This document shows, piece by piece, positions 13,585 through 25,189 of a stretch of DNA of 64,000 bases. Position 1 is the stretch's first letter. Each line of letters starts with the position of its first letter. A model generated the notes under the pieces. That model was not told the DNA's origin and made no database searches. It was given only the letters and a program-made list of their open reading frames with translations. Origin of the DNA: Diadema antillarum (lineage: Eukaryota); assembly GCF_040938485.1 (NCBI RefSeq), contig NW_027271016.1, positions 1,908,436 through 1,972,435 on the forward strand, in the 5' to 3' direction. A program made the position numbers and the translations under genes.

Positions 13585-14100
13585 CCTACTCGGGCATAGC
13601 CTTTTGACAAGACCTCGTGGCTGAAAAAGAGACTAACTGCGAGGGAATGAGTGAACGCGAGGCCCAATGGCGCAGTCAGGAGGCCTTTTTGAACCGGACA
13701 TGAATTTCTTATCTTGAGACCTGTTTCTCGCTGATTCTACTGCCAAAAAAGTAATGGCCAATCAGCAATCGCATTGCTCATAGTGACGTTGCATATAATG
13801 AATACACATAAATTTGCATGTCAGCGGCTTGCTCATTCATATCCCACTTGCGCTGCCTGTGGTAGCTGCCTGCGTTGCCAGCGCTGAAACATGATTCATT
13901 AGCATACCAACTGCAGGTTAACTCATAAATACATGAATAACTCATGTTTGTATACATCATGAAGTGGCAGGGAAAAAAAAAGGGTTTCAAAAGACCTCCC
14001 AGCTTTGCCCCGTTCATCCGTTACTCGCACAGCTCAATGTGGCGAGTTAGTTTCATTCCTCAGCCAAACGGCCTTGTCAAAAGGCTAACTCAGGCATAGC
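13585..14100. mobile_element. MITE-like element (~520 bp) with imperfect ~60-bp terminal inverted repeats, just downstream of the ULK4 3' end.
   Basis: Left end gcctactcgggcatagccttttgacaagacctcgtggctga...actaactcg versus the reverse complement of right end ...cgagttagtttcattcctcagccaaacggccttgtcaaaaggctaactcaggcatagc. Confidence 0.5.
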
Positions 14101-14362
14101 AATGTCCCTGTGAGTTAAACAGGAAGACCATGTTGACACAATACAGATTAAGAGGATTAGATAATCTCAATTCATTGACAACTAGTTTCAAGACCGATGT
14201 GCCAATCTGCTAGGAAAGGACAATAAGGATTTAACGAAGCAATTCTCATACGTCCAGAAGTGCCACAAGTTCACAGTTGAATAATGCCAGAAGGTCACTA
14301 TGCAAGTTACTATAGGGGTCTGTCACATTTTACATGTGTGGGATCACATAATGACAGTTCTC

Positions 14363-14515
14363 TCAACCATCAACGATGCGCAAGATGTCAGCGGCGAGTG
14401 AGGAGACGGCGACATCGGCGTGTGAGCTCGCCGTCTGCATCATGACCCGCAGTGCATCGACTAGAACAGCGCCCTCTGCATTCAATCTCTCTGTGTGCTG
14501 GACCTCCGTGGACAC
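14363..14515 (-). CDS. ULK4: ULK4 terminal coding exon; TGA stop at 14363..14365.
   Basis: VSTEVQHTERLNAEGAVLVDALRVMMQTASSHADVAVSSLAADILRIVDG* (human C-terminus: ...LLRALERLAPGSGSFADSAVAPLALEILQAVGH). Acceptor catgcag|. With this exon, total CDS length is 3933 nt, which is in frame. Confidence 0.75.
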   Translation of the reverse strand: MSTEVQHTERLNAEGAVLVDALRVMMQTASSHADVAVSSLAADILRIVDG

Positions 14516-14618
14516 CTGCATGCATATAGAAAGTGGACTAAGTGTTTACGCCATCAGATGCATAATCTCCATTTACCGGGCCTAGATTCTACCTTCCATA
14601 AACTGATCACTGTTTTTT

Positions 14619-14659
<41 letters not shown>

Positions 14660-15039
14660 AACTGTATTCTATTTACAAATTCAAGATGGCTATCATACTT
14701 TATTCTACTTCATCTACATTCAGCAAGGGTATGCATTCTTCACTGAGAAATAGGAAATACGTTGAATATGAAATTGAAGTATAGTCAGTTCGTATCTCGA
14801 AACAGGGAAATCAACCATTGCCTTAGTCACTTAATGAGTGTGGATGGCCACTAGTATCAACTGTGTCATTCCAATATTCGCCATCAGTAGGCCTAAATAC
14901 ATTTCCTTTTTCAGTGATATTCATTCACTTCAATCAAATGATACCACAGATGGCAATTCAATCTGGTATTACTGTACAATGTAACAAATATTCATCATGA
15001 GTCACAGTAACCAGAAAATGTTCTCTTTAGAGTGTAGTA

Positions 15040-15300
15040 TTTTTGCACAGTACATGTACATGCTCAAACTCTACACTAAATCACAAGAACAAATGCATTA
15101 CACAAAACATATATCCATACACAAACATACACACAACCACACTACACCACACACATATCCATACACACACAGACATACACAAACACACTACACCACACAC
15201 ATCTATTGTATACACACACACAAACGAATGCATTACACCACACACTTGGCCATACACACACACACACATACACACACACACACACACAAACTGTACTCAG
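15040..15300. repeat. Imperfect CA-rich microsatellite (~260 bp) immediately 3' of ULK4 exon 25. (GT)n lies at 14618..14660.
   Basis: acacacaaccacactacaccacacacatatccatacacacacagacatacac.... Overlapping ORFs on both strands (poly-HT / poly-CV peptides) are artefacts. Confidence 0.9.
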
Positions 15301-15312
15301 TAGTGCAATCAC

Positions 15313-15519
15313 GGTGTCAGAATGGTCGACACTTGCCACTCTCTTGATGTATCTCAGGATGAGTTTCTGCCGCTTGGCCTCAAAGGTCTTGAGGGCGTGG
15401 GCCAGGGAGGCGCTATTGGAGGAGGAGAAGGAGTTGGGGTATTCCCCTCCGTACAGCTGGCCAATGAGGGACAAGCACTCACAGGCAGACGTGTGTATGT
15501 CCCGGTCTCGGTGACACAG
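15313..15519 (-). CDS. ULK4: ULK4 exon 25. The 3' (low-coordinate) boundary is uncertain.
   Basis: LCHRDRDIHTSACECLSLIGQLYGGEYPNSFSSSNSASLAHALKTFEAKRQKLILRYIKRVASVDHSDT (human: ...SSKCLSILVQLYGGENPDSLSPENVEIFAHLL...KLLLRILRRMITS). Acceptor cacctag|. Donor chosen as acc|gtgatt because it is the only nearby GT that keeps frame; it is a weak site. Confidence 0.6.
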
Positions 15520-16149
15520 CTAGGTGGGAGGAAAACCAAAGGAAGCATGACAGACTAAGTACAGTCAACATCATCTAAAGCCCGCCGCACACTATACGAC
15601 TCACAACTATACGAGTGACAGCCTTTGGATCTGAAATAAAGAAGCATGTTTGTTCTGAGGCTATTGTGAATTATTTCGGATCCAAAGGCTGTCAGTCGCA
15701 TAGTCACGAGTTGTATAGTGTGCGGCAGGCTTATGTCTACCTCATGCAAGTCAAAAAATTGGTGAAGTTGAGGTAAAATTGTACCTCAGATGGATATGAA
15801 TGTGTTAATTCTGTTGTGTAAGTTGACAGATTTTAACCCCTAGTCCTTTTGGACTCGACTTTAGGCAAAGTTGATTGTACATTGTATACCTTGTCAGAAG
15901 GTATCGTACGTCTCATTCCACTATTAGTAACTCAATGTTTTATTGAGTTGCTGTTTATTCACCAGGATGTATACTTCTTTGTTAACCATTTGCGTCTTAA
16001 TGCACTTTGTTGTAACTTGCAAAGCTCTTCTATCTTTTGTCACCATTTGTTTTATTGTTCGTTGACATAGCCATGACATAAGCAAGACAGGCTGACTACT
16101 GTGTAACAACATGAAATTTTCATACATAAAAGATTGCGATGCAGAGGGG

Positions 16150-16580
16150 TTAGGGGATAAGATAGACTTAAAGGGACTGTACAGTACTGGTTGAGGTGGG
16201 GATTCATGTTTTGAACATTCTTAAGTGAGATAATGAGAAACTTCTTATGAAATATGCAAGAGCATGTACAAACATGTAATTTTAAGAAGGATTCAACGTT
16301 TATTTGATGAAAATTGGTTTTCAAATGGCTGAGATATCCGAAAAAGTGATAATAATAAAAGGCGACATGCCACAACTTTATTAGGATCTCTTTGTTTCAC
16401 CTTGTTTTTGGATATCTCAGCCATTTCAAAACCAATTTTCATCAAATAAACTTTTGATACCCCTTAGAATCGCATGCTCTTTGACATCTCATAGAGTGGT
16501 TTCTGAATATCTCGCAAAACGTAAAAAGCTAAATCCTCACCTCGACCAGAACTGTACACACCCTTTAAGTAATTCTTCTT
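16150..16580 (+). repeat. Copy C (3' part) of the same interspersed repeat family as 4100..4870, in the ULK4 intron between exons 24 and 25.
   Basis: gtactggttgaggtgggg...aaatggctgagatatccgaaaaag...ccatttcaaaaccaattttcatcaaataaact is homologous to 4440..4870. Confidence 0.7.
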
Positions 16581-16861
16581 AATGAATAGTTAAATGGGGT
16601 TCATGCTGATTGGCAATGAAAGCATATTGTATAAGCTATCACTTTCATGTACAGATATTTTCGGAAATGAGGAGGTCATGGACATTTTCACTAAATGTTG
16701 TTTACGCGAATCGACAACGAAGCTATGGTAAGTGCACTATTACCCTGGCACATGGTGACATTTTTGTGTATTGTTAAATTTTGCGGTCCAACAGCAATTC
16801 ACAAAATTGCAAAAAATAACTATATCTATTCTTCTGTACAAGTGCCGTCTCCTTCACCTAC

Positions 16862-16960
16862 CAGACGGATGATGATGGACGTATTGTTCACCAGAGTTTT
16901 GTTCATCATCAGCATCTTCTCAGCACCCTGAGTGTCTGCACTTCCCCCTGACTTTTTGGC
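16862..16960 (-). CDS. ULK4: ULK4 exon 24.
   Basis: AKKSGGSADTQGAEKMLMMNKTLVNNTSIIIRL (human: AQKSGSGEDPQAAEDLLLLNRPLTDLISLLIPL). Anchored to ORF 16826..17047(-). Acceptor tttcag|, donor ctg|gtaggt. Confidence 0.85.
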
Positions 16961-17807
16961 CTGAAAGTAAGAAATATTGGGGGAATATTTGTCTACATGC
17001 CATGGAGGAAACAACATAAAAAAGTCACATGTACAGTAATGCAGCATGATGGAAATAGTTTATGGGCAAATGTAAGCTTGTGAAAGATCGCAACTGCTGA
17101 TCTGTAATTTAACAATCATGTTGGAAAAAAGGATTTAAAATTTAATTTGTAGAGGGAGACAAATTGAAGAAACTCACACCTGAACCTTCAACCCTCTGAA
17201 TAAAATCTTTCTTTCAAATGAAATGTCCTAAAACATCTTCATATAAACAAAGGAACATAAGACTCTTCTTTGGTGTTCAGGCAGAATATTACCTTATGGT
17301 TATCAATTTAGCTAAAGGGGATAGGCTGTACCCAAAACTCATATCCAGATACCTTATTTCTAAATCTTAATCAGGTCATCACCTCAATGCAAATTTCTTG
17401 AAACTGAGCAAAATTCTAAAATTGAAACACAAACTTTACAAGGGGGGAATGAAAATGATCAATAGACACATGTTATCATCCTCAATCATGTGGTAAATGC
17501 CAATTCAAATCAAAAGTTTAAACCTTCAAATTATGCACAGCCCTGTGAAGAACGTGATACGACAGAAAAAGAATAAGTGACTATTAACAGACCAATCATT
17601 GAATCATGAATGAAGATTTCTGCAAACTTGTGTGAAATTTTCCATAAATTCCCAGAACAAGCTCTAAATATGCACTGGTTACACAATCTTACATCATCTT
17701 TAAAGCAATGATTTAAAGTGACTAGATAAAAAATGAAAAAAAAAATTGTCCTCAATCTTGCCCAAGACAAGCCCCTCCCCCCCAATCTTCTTCCCATCTC
17801 CTCTAAG

Positions 17808-18350
17808 GGTGTGTTTATGCTCAATTTGCGAAGGCAGAATCAGCGTTTTGAAAGGCTGATTCAAAATGCTGATTCAAAACGCCGTTCATGGGAGGACTGT
17901 TTATGCTCACTTTCTTCGAGCCTTGGAAAGAGCGTTTGCGATTGCTTCGCTGACCTTAGCAGAGGCAGGTCAAATTGGGGCGTGCGCTGCGATCGGTGGC
18001 CTGGCCTGGGAGAGCAGCTGGGAAAGACATGCGTATGCACAGTACATGGGAAAACTGCACAGGCCAGGGTAGCTGGCTGGCCGGGCACGCTATTTTTTCA
18101 CATGAACCGGAAAGGCGTTTAGATGCCGTCACTCTAAACGTGTTTAGAAACGCTGTTGCGTTCATGCTTCCCCGTCAAACGTGATTAGTCAGAAACGCTG
18201 ATCGTAAACGTACCTTTTTTGTGCATTTTGGATCGGCGTTTTGAATCAGCGTTTCTATCGAAATGAGCATGAACGTAACAGCGTTTTGCACTAATCACGT
18301 TTCAAAAGCCTGAATTTGGCCCCCAAAATGGAAGCATAAACGCACCCTAA
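17808..18350. mobile_element. Candidate MITE or DNA-transposon remnant (~540 bp) with imperfect terminal inverted repeats (gtttatgct...gattcaaaacgcc motifs at both ends), in a ULK4 intron next to exon 23.
   Basis: 17808..17885 is partially reverse-complementary to 18230..18350. It contains internal short inverted repeats of cgctgattcaaaacg. Confidence 0.4.
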
Positions 18351-18393
18351 ATCCTCCTCCCCCCAAATAAAAAACATTTCAATTGAGTCTTAC

Positions 18394-18563
18394 ATGGAGC
18401 ACGTTCCTGACGATGCTGGCAAGGTGCTTGAGGAGGCAGTGGAGGAGGTCCAAGAGTCCAGTGATGAGGAGGTTCAGGGCCTTGGAGTCCACCTTACCCT
18501 CCTCGGCACCAGGGTACATCCGTTGGATGTCTTCAAATAGGATGCTCACGTGGTCCTGGATGC
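18394..18563 (-). CDS. ULK4: ULK4 exon 23.
   Basis: (G)IQDHVSILFEDIQRMYPGAEEGKVDSKALNLLITGLLDLLHCLLKHLASIVRNVLH. Anchored to ORF 18379..18585(-). Acceptor gtgcag|, donor cat|gtaaga. Confidence 0.85.
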
Positions 18564-18936
18564 CTGCACAGTGATGCATGATCATCCAACAAAATTAAGA
18601 AATTCCAATAAAAAGGTTTTGCAAATGGAATACATATCACTTTTATTTCATTATAAAGCAGGAGAAATTGCTAATTTTCTTTAAATTTACATTTATTGAA
18701 ATTTCATCCTCCAGTAAGTAGAATTGGACAAAGAGTTTTATCTTGTACCCAATAATTGACTAAAATGAGTTTTGCTTGACCAATGTTTTGTCCGATTTTA
18801 TCAGTAACAGTAAAGTGTTTTGAAAGTATTGTTATCATTGCATCAAAAGACTCAAAGAGGCATTCCAAAAATGGTGGCTGTGTATTGTAATGATTTTTAA
18901 GTTCACCACGAGAAACTGCATACATGTGGGTCTTAC

Positions 18937-19091
18937 CTTGGTTATACAACTCCTGTAAATCAGTGTCGGCATCCGCTATGACGCAGTTGAGAATAGAGAT
19001 GACATAACGTACGGTGCTACACGTGGGACTATTACGGTGGTCAATCAACACCTGGAATAGCACAGCAACCAGCTCCAGCTCCTCGAGTTTT
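18937..19091 (-). CDS. ULK4: ULK4 exon 22. The acceptor choice is less certain.
   Basis: (R)KLEELELVAVLFQVLIDHRNSPTCSTVRYVISILNCVIADADTDLQELYNQ (human: ...LIPLIFEVTLEHQES...ELLYEQG). Acceptor taken as tgctgaag| (AAG); an alternative is cgag| 9 nt downstream. Donor g|gtaaga. Confidence 0.7.
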
Positions 19092-19592
19092 CTTCAGCAT
19101 GAAAGAAAAGAATACGATCAAACATACAAAAGGGCTTCAGTATGGAAGAAATAAATAGATAAGATACATATTGACATCCTGTTTTCAACAATAAAACAAA
19201 TCTTAACTTAACCAGTTAAAGATGAGTTTCGAGAATACTTGGGCAAGTGTCTATGGGAAATGCGTGTCATAGCAAACTCAGTCCGTCCTCAACAGGTTAA
19301 TATATGTTACAATGCAAAAATGCTTTGTTTCTATGAAACCAGAACTCGTAGGCCACTAACTCCCATTCACTGGGATGTGCAGTTGTTGTTGTTTTTTGTT
19401 TGTTTTTTGTCACTTCACTATCAAAAACACTGTTGAAGTAAGGTCTAACAGATTTGGTGCACTGGTATCATAGGTACAGTATCACAATTTCCAAATGGCT
19501 AGTGCAATGGTTTAATGGCAAACATTCTATAAAGGTCCTAGGCAAGCACTCGTGATGAGTGATAGGTCTGCCCCGCCCTGACCTCCCCTCAC

Positions 19593-19821
19593 CTGATGAA
19601 GGCTGGACTGGTCTCGATGAGGGCCAGCATGAGCTTGAGGCCGTAGAGTGGCAGCGGGTCGGCGTCCAGCAGCAGCCGACTCAGGTGGGGCAGGGTCTGT
19701 GCCGTCACCTCGGCCAGCAGCTGGGGGTTGGTGACGGCCCCGTCCTCCGTCAGGTTGTCGTGGTTCAGGAACAGGCACATGATCTCGGCGAACAGGCGCA
19801 CGCAGAACATGCGGGTCTCAT
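19593..19821 (-). CDS. ULK4: ULK4 exon 21 (GC-rich).
   Basis: (D)ETRMFCVRLFAEIMCLFLNHDNLTEDGAVTNPQLLAEVTAQTLPHLSRLLLDADPLPLYGLKLMLALIETSPAFI(R). Anchored to ORF 19589..19810(-). Donor ag|gtgagg. Confidence 0.85.
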
Positions 19822-20467
19822 CTACGCACCCGTGAGAGGAAGAGCATGAGAGAAGAGGGGGAAATGAAAATGAAGAAAAGTCATATTAAAGACATGTTAA
19901 CTCCTTGTATCCCAAATCTCTTGGCAAATAAATACATGTTTGATGCTAATCCTTTATCAGTATGTGTGAATTCAGATTGTGAGTTCCTACGAACCGTAAA
20001 CATATTGCAAACAGTACACCACAGTGGCAAGTTTTGTAAGTACTCGTCAGAGAAAATGTACATCAAAGCTGTTTGCTCTCCTAAACTGACTCACAATCCT
20101 CCTTTTTTTCATCAGTGTACAGCATGAGCTAAACAGGTTCAAGTGAGCAATGGGAATTGTAGATAGATTTATATTCTTTTTGTACCACATCACAGATTTG
20201 AACTGCAATCTGGGAAAGCACTTTATGAACACAGTAATCATGAAATGTTTTTGATTTTACTCAGTTTTACCACTGACTTGCTACCCATCATTCCTGCTGG
20301 TCACCAGTGCACCAAGGGGGTTGAGGATGATATACCAAAGACCCTATTGAAGAAGAAATAGGCCTTATTAATCCATTCCACACTAAATTCTGAAATCCAC
20401 ATATACTTAATACACAGGCCACCAGGTTCCCGTATGGAACTGGTTAAAAAGATGACTTGCTACCCAC

Positions 20468-20614
20468 CATTCCTGCTGGCCACCAGTGCAGCCAGGGGGT
20501 TGAGGATGCTGTCAATGACCTCCACATGATGGTCCATGAGGAGGGCTGGGTGCTGGGCCACCGCCTCTAGGATGGACAGGATGACGTTGTTGAACTCCAC
20601 GATGGCCAGCATGC
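20468..20614 (-). CDS. ULK4: ULK4 exon 20.
   Basis: (G)MLAIVEFNNVILSILEAVAQHPALLMDHHVEVIDSILNPLAALVASRN. Anchored to ORF 20460..20669(-). Acceptor ccgcag|, donor g|gtgggt. Confidence 0.85.
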
Positions 20615-21630
20615 CTGCGGGTGAATGGGTGGGTGTGGTCGATGACGTGCAAGGCGGGTTTAAATACAAGGTAGGTTACAACTCTCAGCAAGTTACAGCT
20701 CATCATATGAACGGCAGACCTCCCCATCCATCATTAATGTCACACTTGCACGACTTAGTAAATATCATGATAAACATGGAAGGGGGGGGCATTGTTAAAT
20801 TTCAAGTTCATCATTCTCTCCTCTTTCATTGTATTACTCTTTCTCTCTGGTTGATAGCATCATGTGAGTAGTTGTGCAATTCTGATGTTACCCTCAGATA
20901 TAAACTGTAATGCCTTTGATCAATTATCAACTGACGAGTGACGTTTATACCATGGTATTTACATTACAGAAGTATATTGTGTGTAATGAACATTACTGAA
21001 TTTGTAAAAAATAACCATTATGTGTCATACCACATATGTATATGCCACACACACAGAACAAATAAATCATATCAAATCAAAGCAAATTCATATCCATAGC
21101 TCACGTGGCCTTTCAAATCCTAAATCTCTATGAAAACACCATCAATGCCTCATCTCAACCCTTAGCCCATCAAGTTCTGGGAGAATTTTATGGCTCAAAT
21201 TATTTTCATGTTATCATTAAACTGGCATCACTGAATTTCATGGCATATCTTACACTGAAGGCAGATCATACAGAACTTGCTAAATTGGTAAACTGTGCAC
21301 AAAGTTATAAAGATATTGACGAGAATTTGCCAACTTAAGAGAGAAACCTGAACTCTAAGATTCTACAGTGTTGCCAATTTAAGAGTAACTTAAAAAAAAG
21401 AAATGGAATTAAAGATGGTTTTGAAAATTGTGCAACAGAAGCAAATAATTACCTATCAACAAGAAAGGGTTCAGCAAATTTATTTTGCACTCCCTCCTGA
21501 AACACTAGCAATAAATAACAAAGATTACAATAAACAGACACAGTACTAAACTACAGAAATGTTTGTTTGGTGTTTTTTTTTGGATCGATTGATGAATTGA
21601 ATCATGATGTGTTCCTAAAGTTTAACTCAC

Positions 21631-21739
21631 CTACAGCAGGCTCAATATTTGTCTCGCCACTGTCCATGGACTGGACATGTTTTAGAAGGGCTCCAATGTT
21701 TGCTAGGAACTTCTCCCCAACCACCCTTGGTCGGAACAC
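21631..21739 (-). CDS. ULK4: ULK4 exon 19.
   Basis: VFRPRVVGEKFLANIGALLKHVQSMDSGETNIEPAV (human: VFRPQVVTEEFLFSYGTILSHIKSVDSGETNIDGAIG). Acceptor atcag|, donor g|gtgagt. Confidence 0.85.
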
Positions 21740-22159
21740 CTGATGGTCACAGAGAGAGAGAGAGAAAACAAAAACAAAAACATGTTAAGAATTCAAGTCA
21801 TGAGGTATTACCTCTATTAGTATGTGTTAGGCTAATGGATGTTTAAATGAATGTGTGCTGCATCTGCATTGTGGAGTACACTCATTCATGAATATTCATG
21901 GCTTGTTTTACATGCCTATGGTCAGAATCATGTGTGAGTGGTAGTTTAAAAGTGAGCAGTTCCACTAAAATTCTGACCTCATGCACGGAGTACCGGTGCA
22001 GTAGTGTACACTCATAAAGGAATATTCATGGCTGCTGTTTTACACAGCTTCGGTCAGAATAAAACTTATCATTACCACCAAAAAATGGAACCACTACCAC
22101 TACCAAACCTACTACCACTGCCATTATTCTCCTTACCACTCCTGCCAAACCTACCACAT

Positions 22160-23387
22160 ACCTGATTGGTGATCAGATGGACAGCAAGAGGTACATGGAG
22201 CACGCCGTGTCTCATTACCACCATTAACTATCACAACAACCACTACTAACACTACTACCACAGTCTACTATCAACACAGCCACAGTAACAAGGAGCAGGC
22301 TACATCTCTATGTCACCACCATTAACCATCACAACAACCACTACCACTACTAACACAACTACCACAGTACTATCATCCCCCTACCACCACTATCATACAA
22401 CACCTAAAAAGAATGTAGCTATCCGATTGGTCGCTTGCCCATCACATGACATTTAGATAAAAGTACCATCGCACACTGTGGCCTGTGCAATTTTGTTTGA
22501 GCAAAAATGGATAGTGCAAGGCTGATGACACCAATTTCCATTGACTCCTGTGCTTAAATCACAATTAACTTGAAGTTTTTGTTCGAATGCACGGCTCAGG
22601 TTACGTATCGTTACCATCATTATCATCATATTAACCACTACCTCTACCAACACCACTACCACTACTATCATCCTTCCACCATCACTACTAACACTCTCCT
22701 ATGTACATCCCCTGCCACACTCACTACATACCTGACTGGTGATGAGATGGAGAGCCACAGAAACAAGGAGAAAGCTACGTCTCTATGTCATCACCATAAA
22801 CCATCACAACAACCATTACCACTACTATCATCCTTCCACCACCACTACTATCCCCCTCCTACCACCCCTGCCAAAACCTCCACATACCTGACTGGTGATC
22901 AGATAGATAGCTAGAGAAATAGCAAGGAGCAGGCTATCTCTCTATGGCACCACTATCAACCATCACAACAACCACTACCACTACCAACACGACTACCACT
23001 ACTATCCTCCTCCTACCACCACTACAATCCCCCTCTTACCACCCCTGCCACACTCATCACATACCTGACTAGAGATCAAATGGAGAGCCAGAGAAACAAA
23101 GGGCAAGCTACATCTCATCACCAACATTACCACTGCAACAATGCAAAAGCCACTACCACTATTATCATCCTCCCACCACCATTACTATCCCCCTCCTACC
23201 ACCCCTGCTACCACACCTCCACATACTGTACCTGACTGGTGATCAGATAGACAGCTAGAGAAACAAGGAGCAGGCTATCTCTCTGTGGCACCACCATTAA
23301 CCATCACAACAACTACTACCACTACTATCAGCCTCCCACCACCACTACTATCACCCTCCTACATCCCCTACCACACCCACTACATAC
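22160..23387 (-). repeat. Tandem array of about five units (~170 bp each, plus one more distant copy at about 22160). Every unit begins, on the gene strand, with a degenerate copy of the 3' end of ULK4 exon 18 together with its GT donor. The rest of each unit is ACCACTACC-type low complexity.
   Basis: tacctgactggtgat(c/g)agat(a/g)ga(c/g)agc... recurs at about 22168, 22728, 22888, 23057, 23230 and 23388. The last is the real exon-18 3' end (reverse complement ...HLITSQ|gtatg). Confidence 0.8.
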
Positions 23388-23509
23388 CTGACTGGTGATG
23401 AGATGGAGAGCCAGAGACACGAGAGGCAGGCTGCTTTTCAGCTGCTTGGCCTGCACGGTGGAGGGATGTTTGCGGCCGGAGACGGCTGCCAGGCTGCTCT
23501 CCGCATCAC
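23388..23509 (-). CDS. ULK4: ULK4 exon 18.
   Basis: (G)DAESSLAAVSGRKHPSTVQAKQLKSSLPLVSLALHLITSQ (human: DILNSLANVSGRKHPSTVQVKQLKLCLPLMPVVLHLVTSQ). Anchored to ORF 23328..23564(-). Donor cag|gtatgt. Confidence 0.9.
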
Positions 23510-23567
23510 CTGCCATGAATAGGAAAAACACTGTACCTAAGACACTGTCTGCAAAGGCCTGCAATTA

Positions 23568-23946
23568 TAAAGCCCCAGTCACATAGACATGCCGGATCAA
23601 CTCGGATCTGATCCGGAGTGATCCGGGGAGAGATCCGTGTTGACGCCTTGGGCATCCTTGGACATCCGGGAGGCCAACAAGGCAACTTTTGGAGGTCAAA
23701 AACATCCGGCATCATTCCGGGACTGCTACGTTGACAGAGAAATCCAGGATGGTCTATGTGGCCGCGATGTAGATGCCATGTAAATGCCATGCTGTTCCGG
23801 CAGTATCCTTGTAGCTGCCATGTTGATACCGTGTGTACAGTCATCAATGCTCCTCGATGCTCCATCCAGGGTGAAACTATCATGGAACTCCCCGGATCAT
23901 CGTGTAGATCCTTGAGGATCCATGTTTATATGTGACTGGGGCTTTA
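23568..23946. mobile_element. MITE-like element (~380 bp) with 17-bp terminal inverted repeats aaagccccagtcacata ... tatgtgactggggcttt, in the ULK4 intron between exons 17 and 18.
   Basis: Perfect 17-bp TIRs read directly. The internal sequence is non-coding; ORF 23506..23883 is spurious. Confidence 0.6.
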
Positions 23947-24294
23947 GGTGATCAAAAGTTGTTTTACCTTCACACATTCGATTATTGCTGTTCAGGATTC
24001 ATTCCTACCTGGCTGCATGTCAGTTGTTTTTGTTTTTTTTTCACTCACGGTCACCAGTGTCTCTAGTTGGTGTTCATTTCTCAAGTGACTGGACATCAAT
24101 AAAACCTTATCTACACATTCATTTTGTTCCTTAGGATAAAAAAAAATCTCCCCCCCCCCTTCTCCATCCCCATTATCAGAATCTACAGCTAGATATTTTA
24201 AAATCAGCAGGTATTTCATATCACTGTTTTGAATGCATAACCCTTGCACAGATGAGCAAAACTAACAGAGTAAGCAAAGAGAGTGGCCACATAC

Positions 24295-24434
24295 CTAGGA
24301 TTTGTGGCAGCAAGTTGACCAGGTGGTCAGAGAGGACGGTCAGGCACTGGTCCATGTACTTCCACTGGGCGCGGCCCTCCCCCTTGCCCTGGGAGATCTG
24401 CTGCCGGATGTCACGCTCCATGTACGTGATGAGT
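24295..24434 (-). CDS. ULK4: ULK4 exon 17.
   Basis: (R)LITYMERDIRQQISQGKGEGRAQWKYMDQCLTVLSDHLVNLLPQIL(G). Anchored to ORF 24221..24724(-). Acceptor ggcag|, donor g|gtatgt. Confidence 0.85.
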
Positions 24435-24463
24435 CTGCCATGGGAGGTGTGGATGCAATGTAG

Positions 24464-24960
24464 ATGGTTAAGAATCCATTTTCTGTAATAAGTACTACCA
24501 CTAATGCCATCATAAACAATACTTCTGCTCCTGTTATTGCTACTTCTTTCACTACAGCAAAGCCAACAGCAACAACTACTATTACTGACTACTGCTACCA
24601 CTACTACTATAATCAATATCACTACAACTACCTCTACTCTAACTACTACCACAACAACCATACTACTACCACTACAACGTAACCACTTGTGACTGCTACT
24701 ACTATTTGCTACTATTACTACCACTACTTCTACTACTACTAAAGTTTTACTACCACTACTACTACTACTACTTCTACTACTACTACTACTACTACTACTA
24801 CTATTTTACAGCTACTACTAGTACTACAAACTTCTACTACTACTACTACTATACTACTGCTACTACTATTTAACTACTACTACTACTATTACTACTACCA
24901 TTAACACTATCATTATCAAAACTAATGCCTCTACTTTTATCACTTCTACAATCATCACTA
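24464..24960. repeat. (ACTACT)/(ACTACC)n-rich low-complexity tract (~500 bp) next to ULK4 exon 17.
   Basis: Runs of actactactactac. ORFs 24221..24724 and 24464..24682 are partly artefacts of this tract. Confidence 0.8.
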
Positions 24961-25189
24961 TTACCACTACTTCTCCGTCTACTACTACAATCATACAATG
25001 CTGTTTTGTATGCCTATTCTTGACAATTGAATAAAACTGTCTCCTTTCTCCATGACTGAATGTACAATGACATCTAAAAACTAGAAATGTCGCTATGGCA
25101 ACTGGTATGCCTCCGCCATAATGCATGATTCTCCCAATAAGTGTATAGTAAAATGTCTTCACAATGTGTGATGACAGTTTCACATAAAA

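Noticed and set aside
14997-15474. Several ORFs on both strands encoding poly-HT / poly-CV peptides.
   Set aside because: They lie entirely within the CA/GT microsatellite. They are low-complexity artefacts. Only 15313..15519 (-) in this region is coding (ULK4 exon 25).
19527-19849. Overlapping ORFs on both strands (Pro/Gly/Arg-rich).
   Set aside because: The GC-rich ULK4 exon 21 leaves the other frames open. Only the ULK4 frame (- strand, 19593..19821) has homology.
22570-24724. ORFs rich in Tyr/His/Thr (for example 22570..22914 and 24464..24682) and the long 24221..24724 ORF.
   Set aside because: They derive from ACCACTACC low-complexity tandem repeats. Only 24295..24434 and 23388..23509 are real ULK4 exons.
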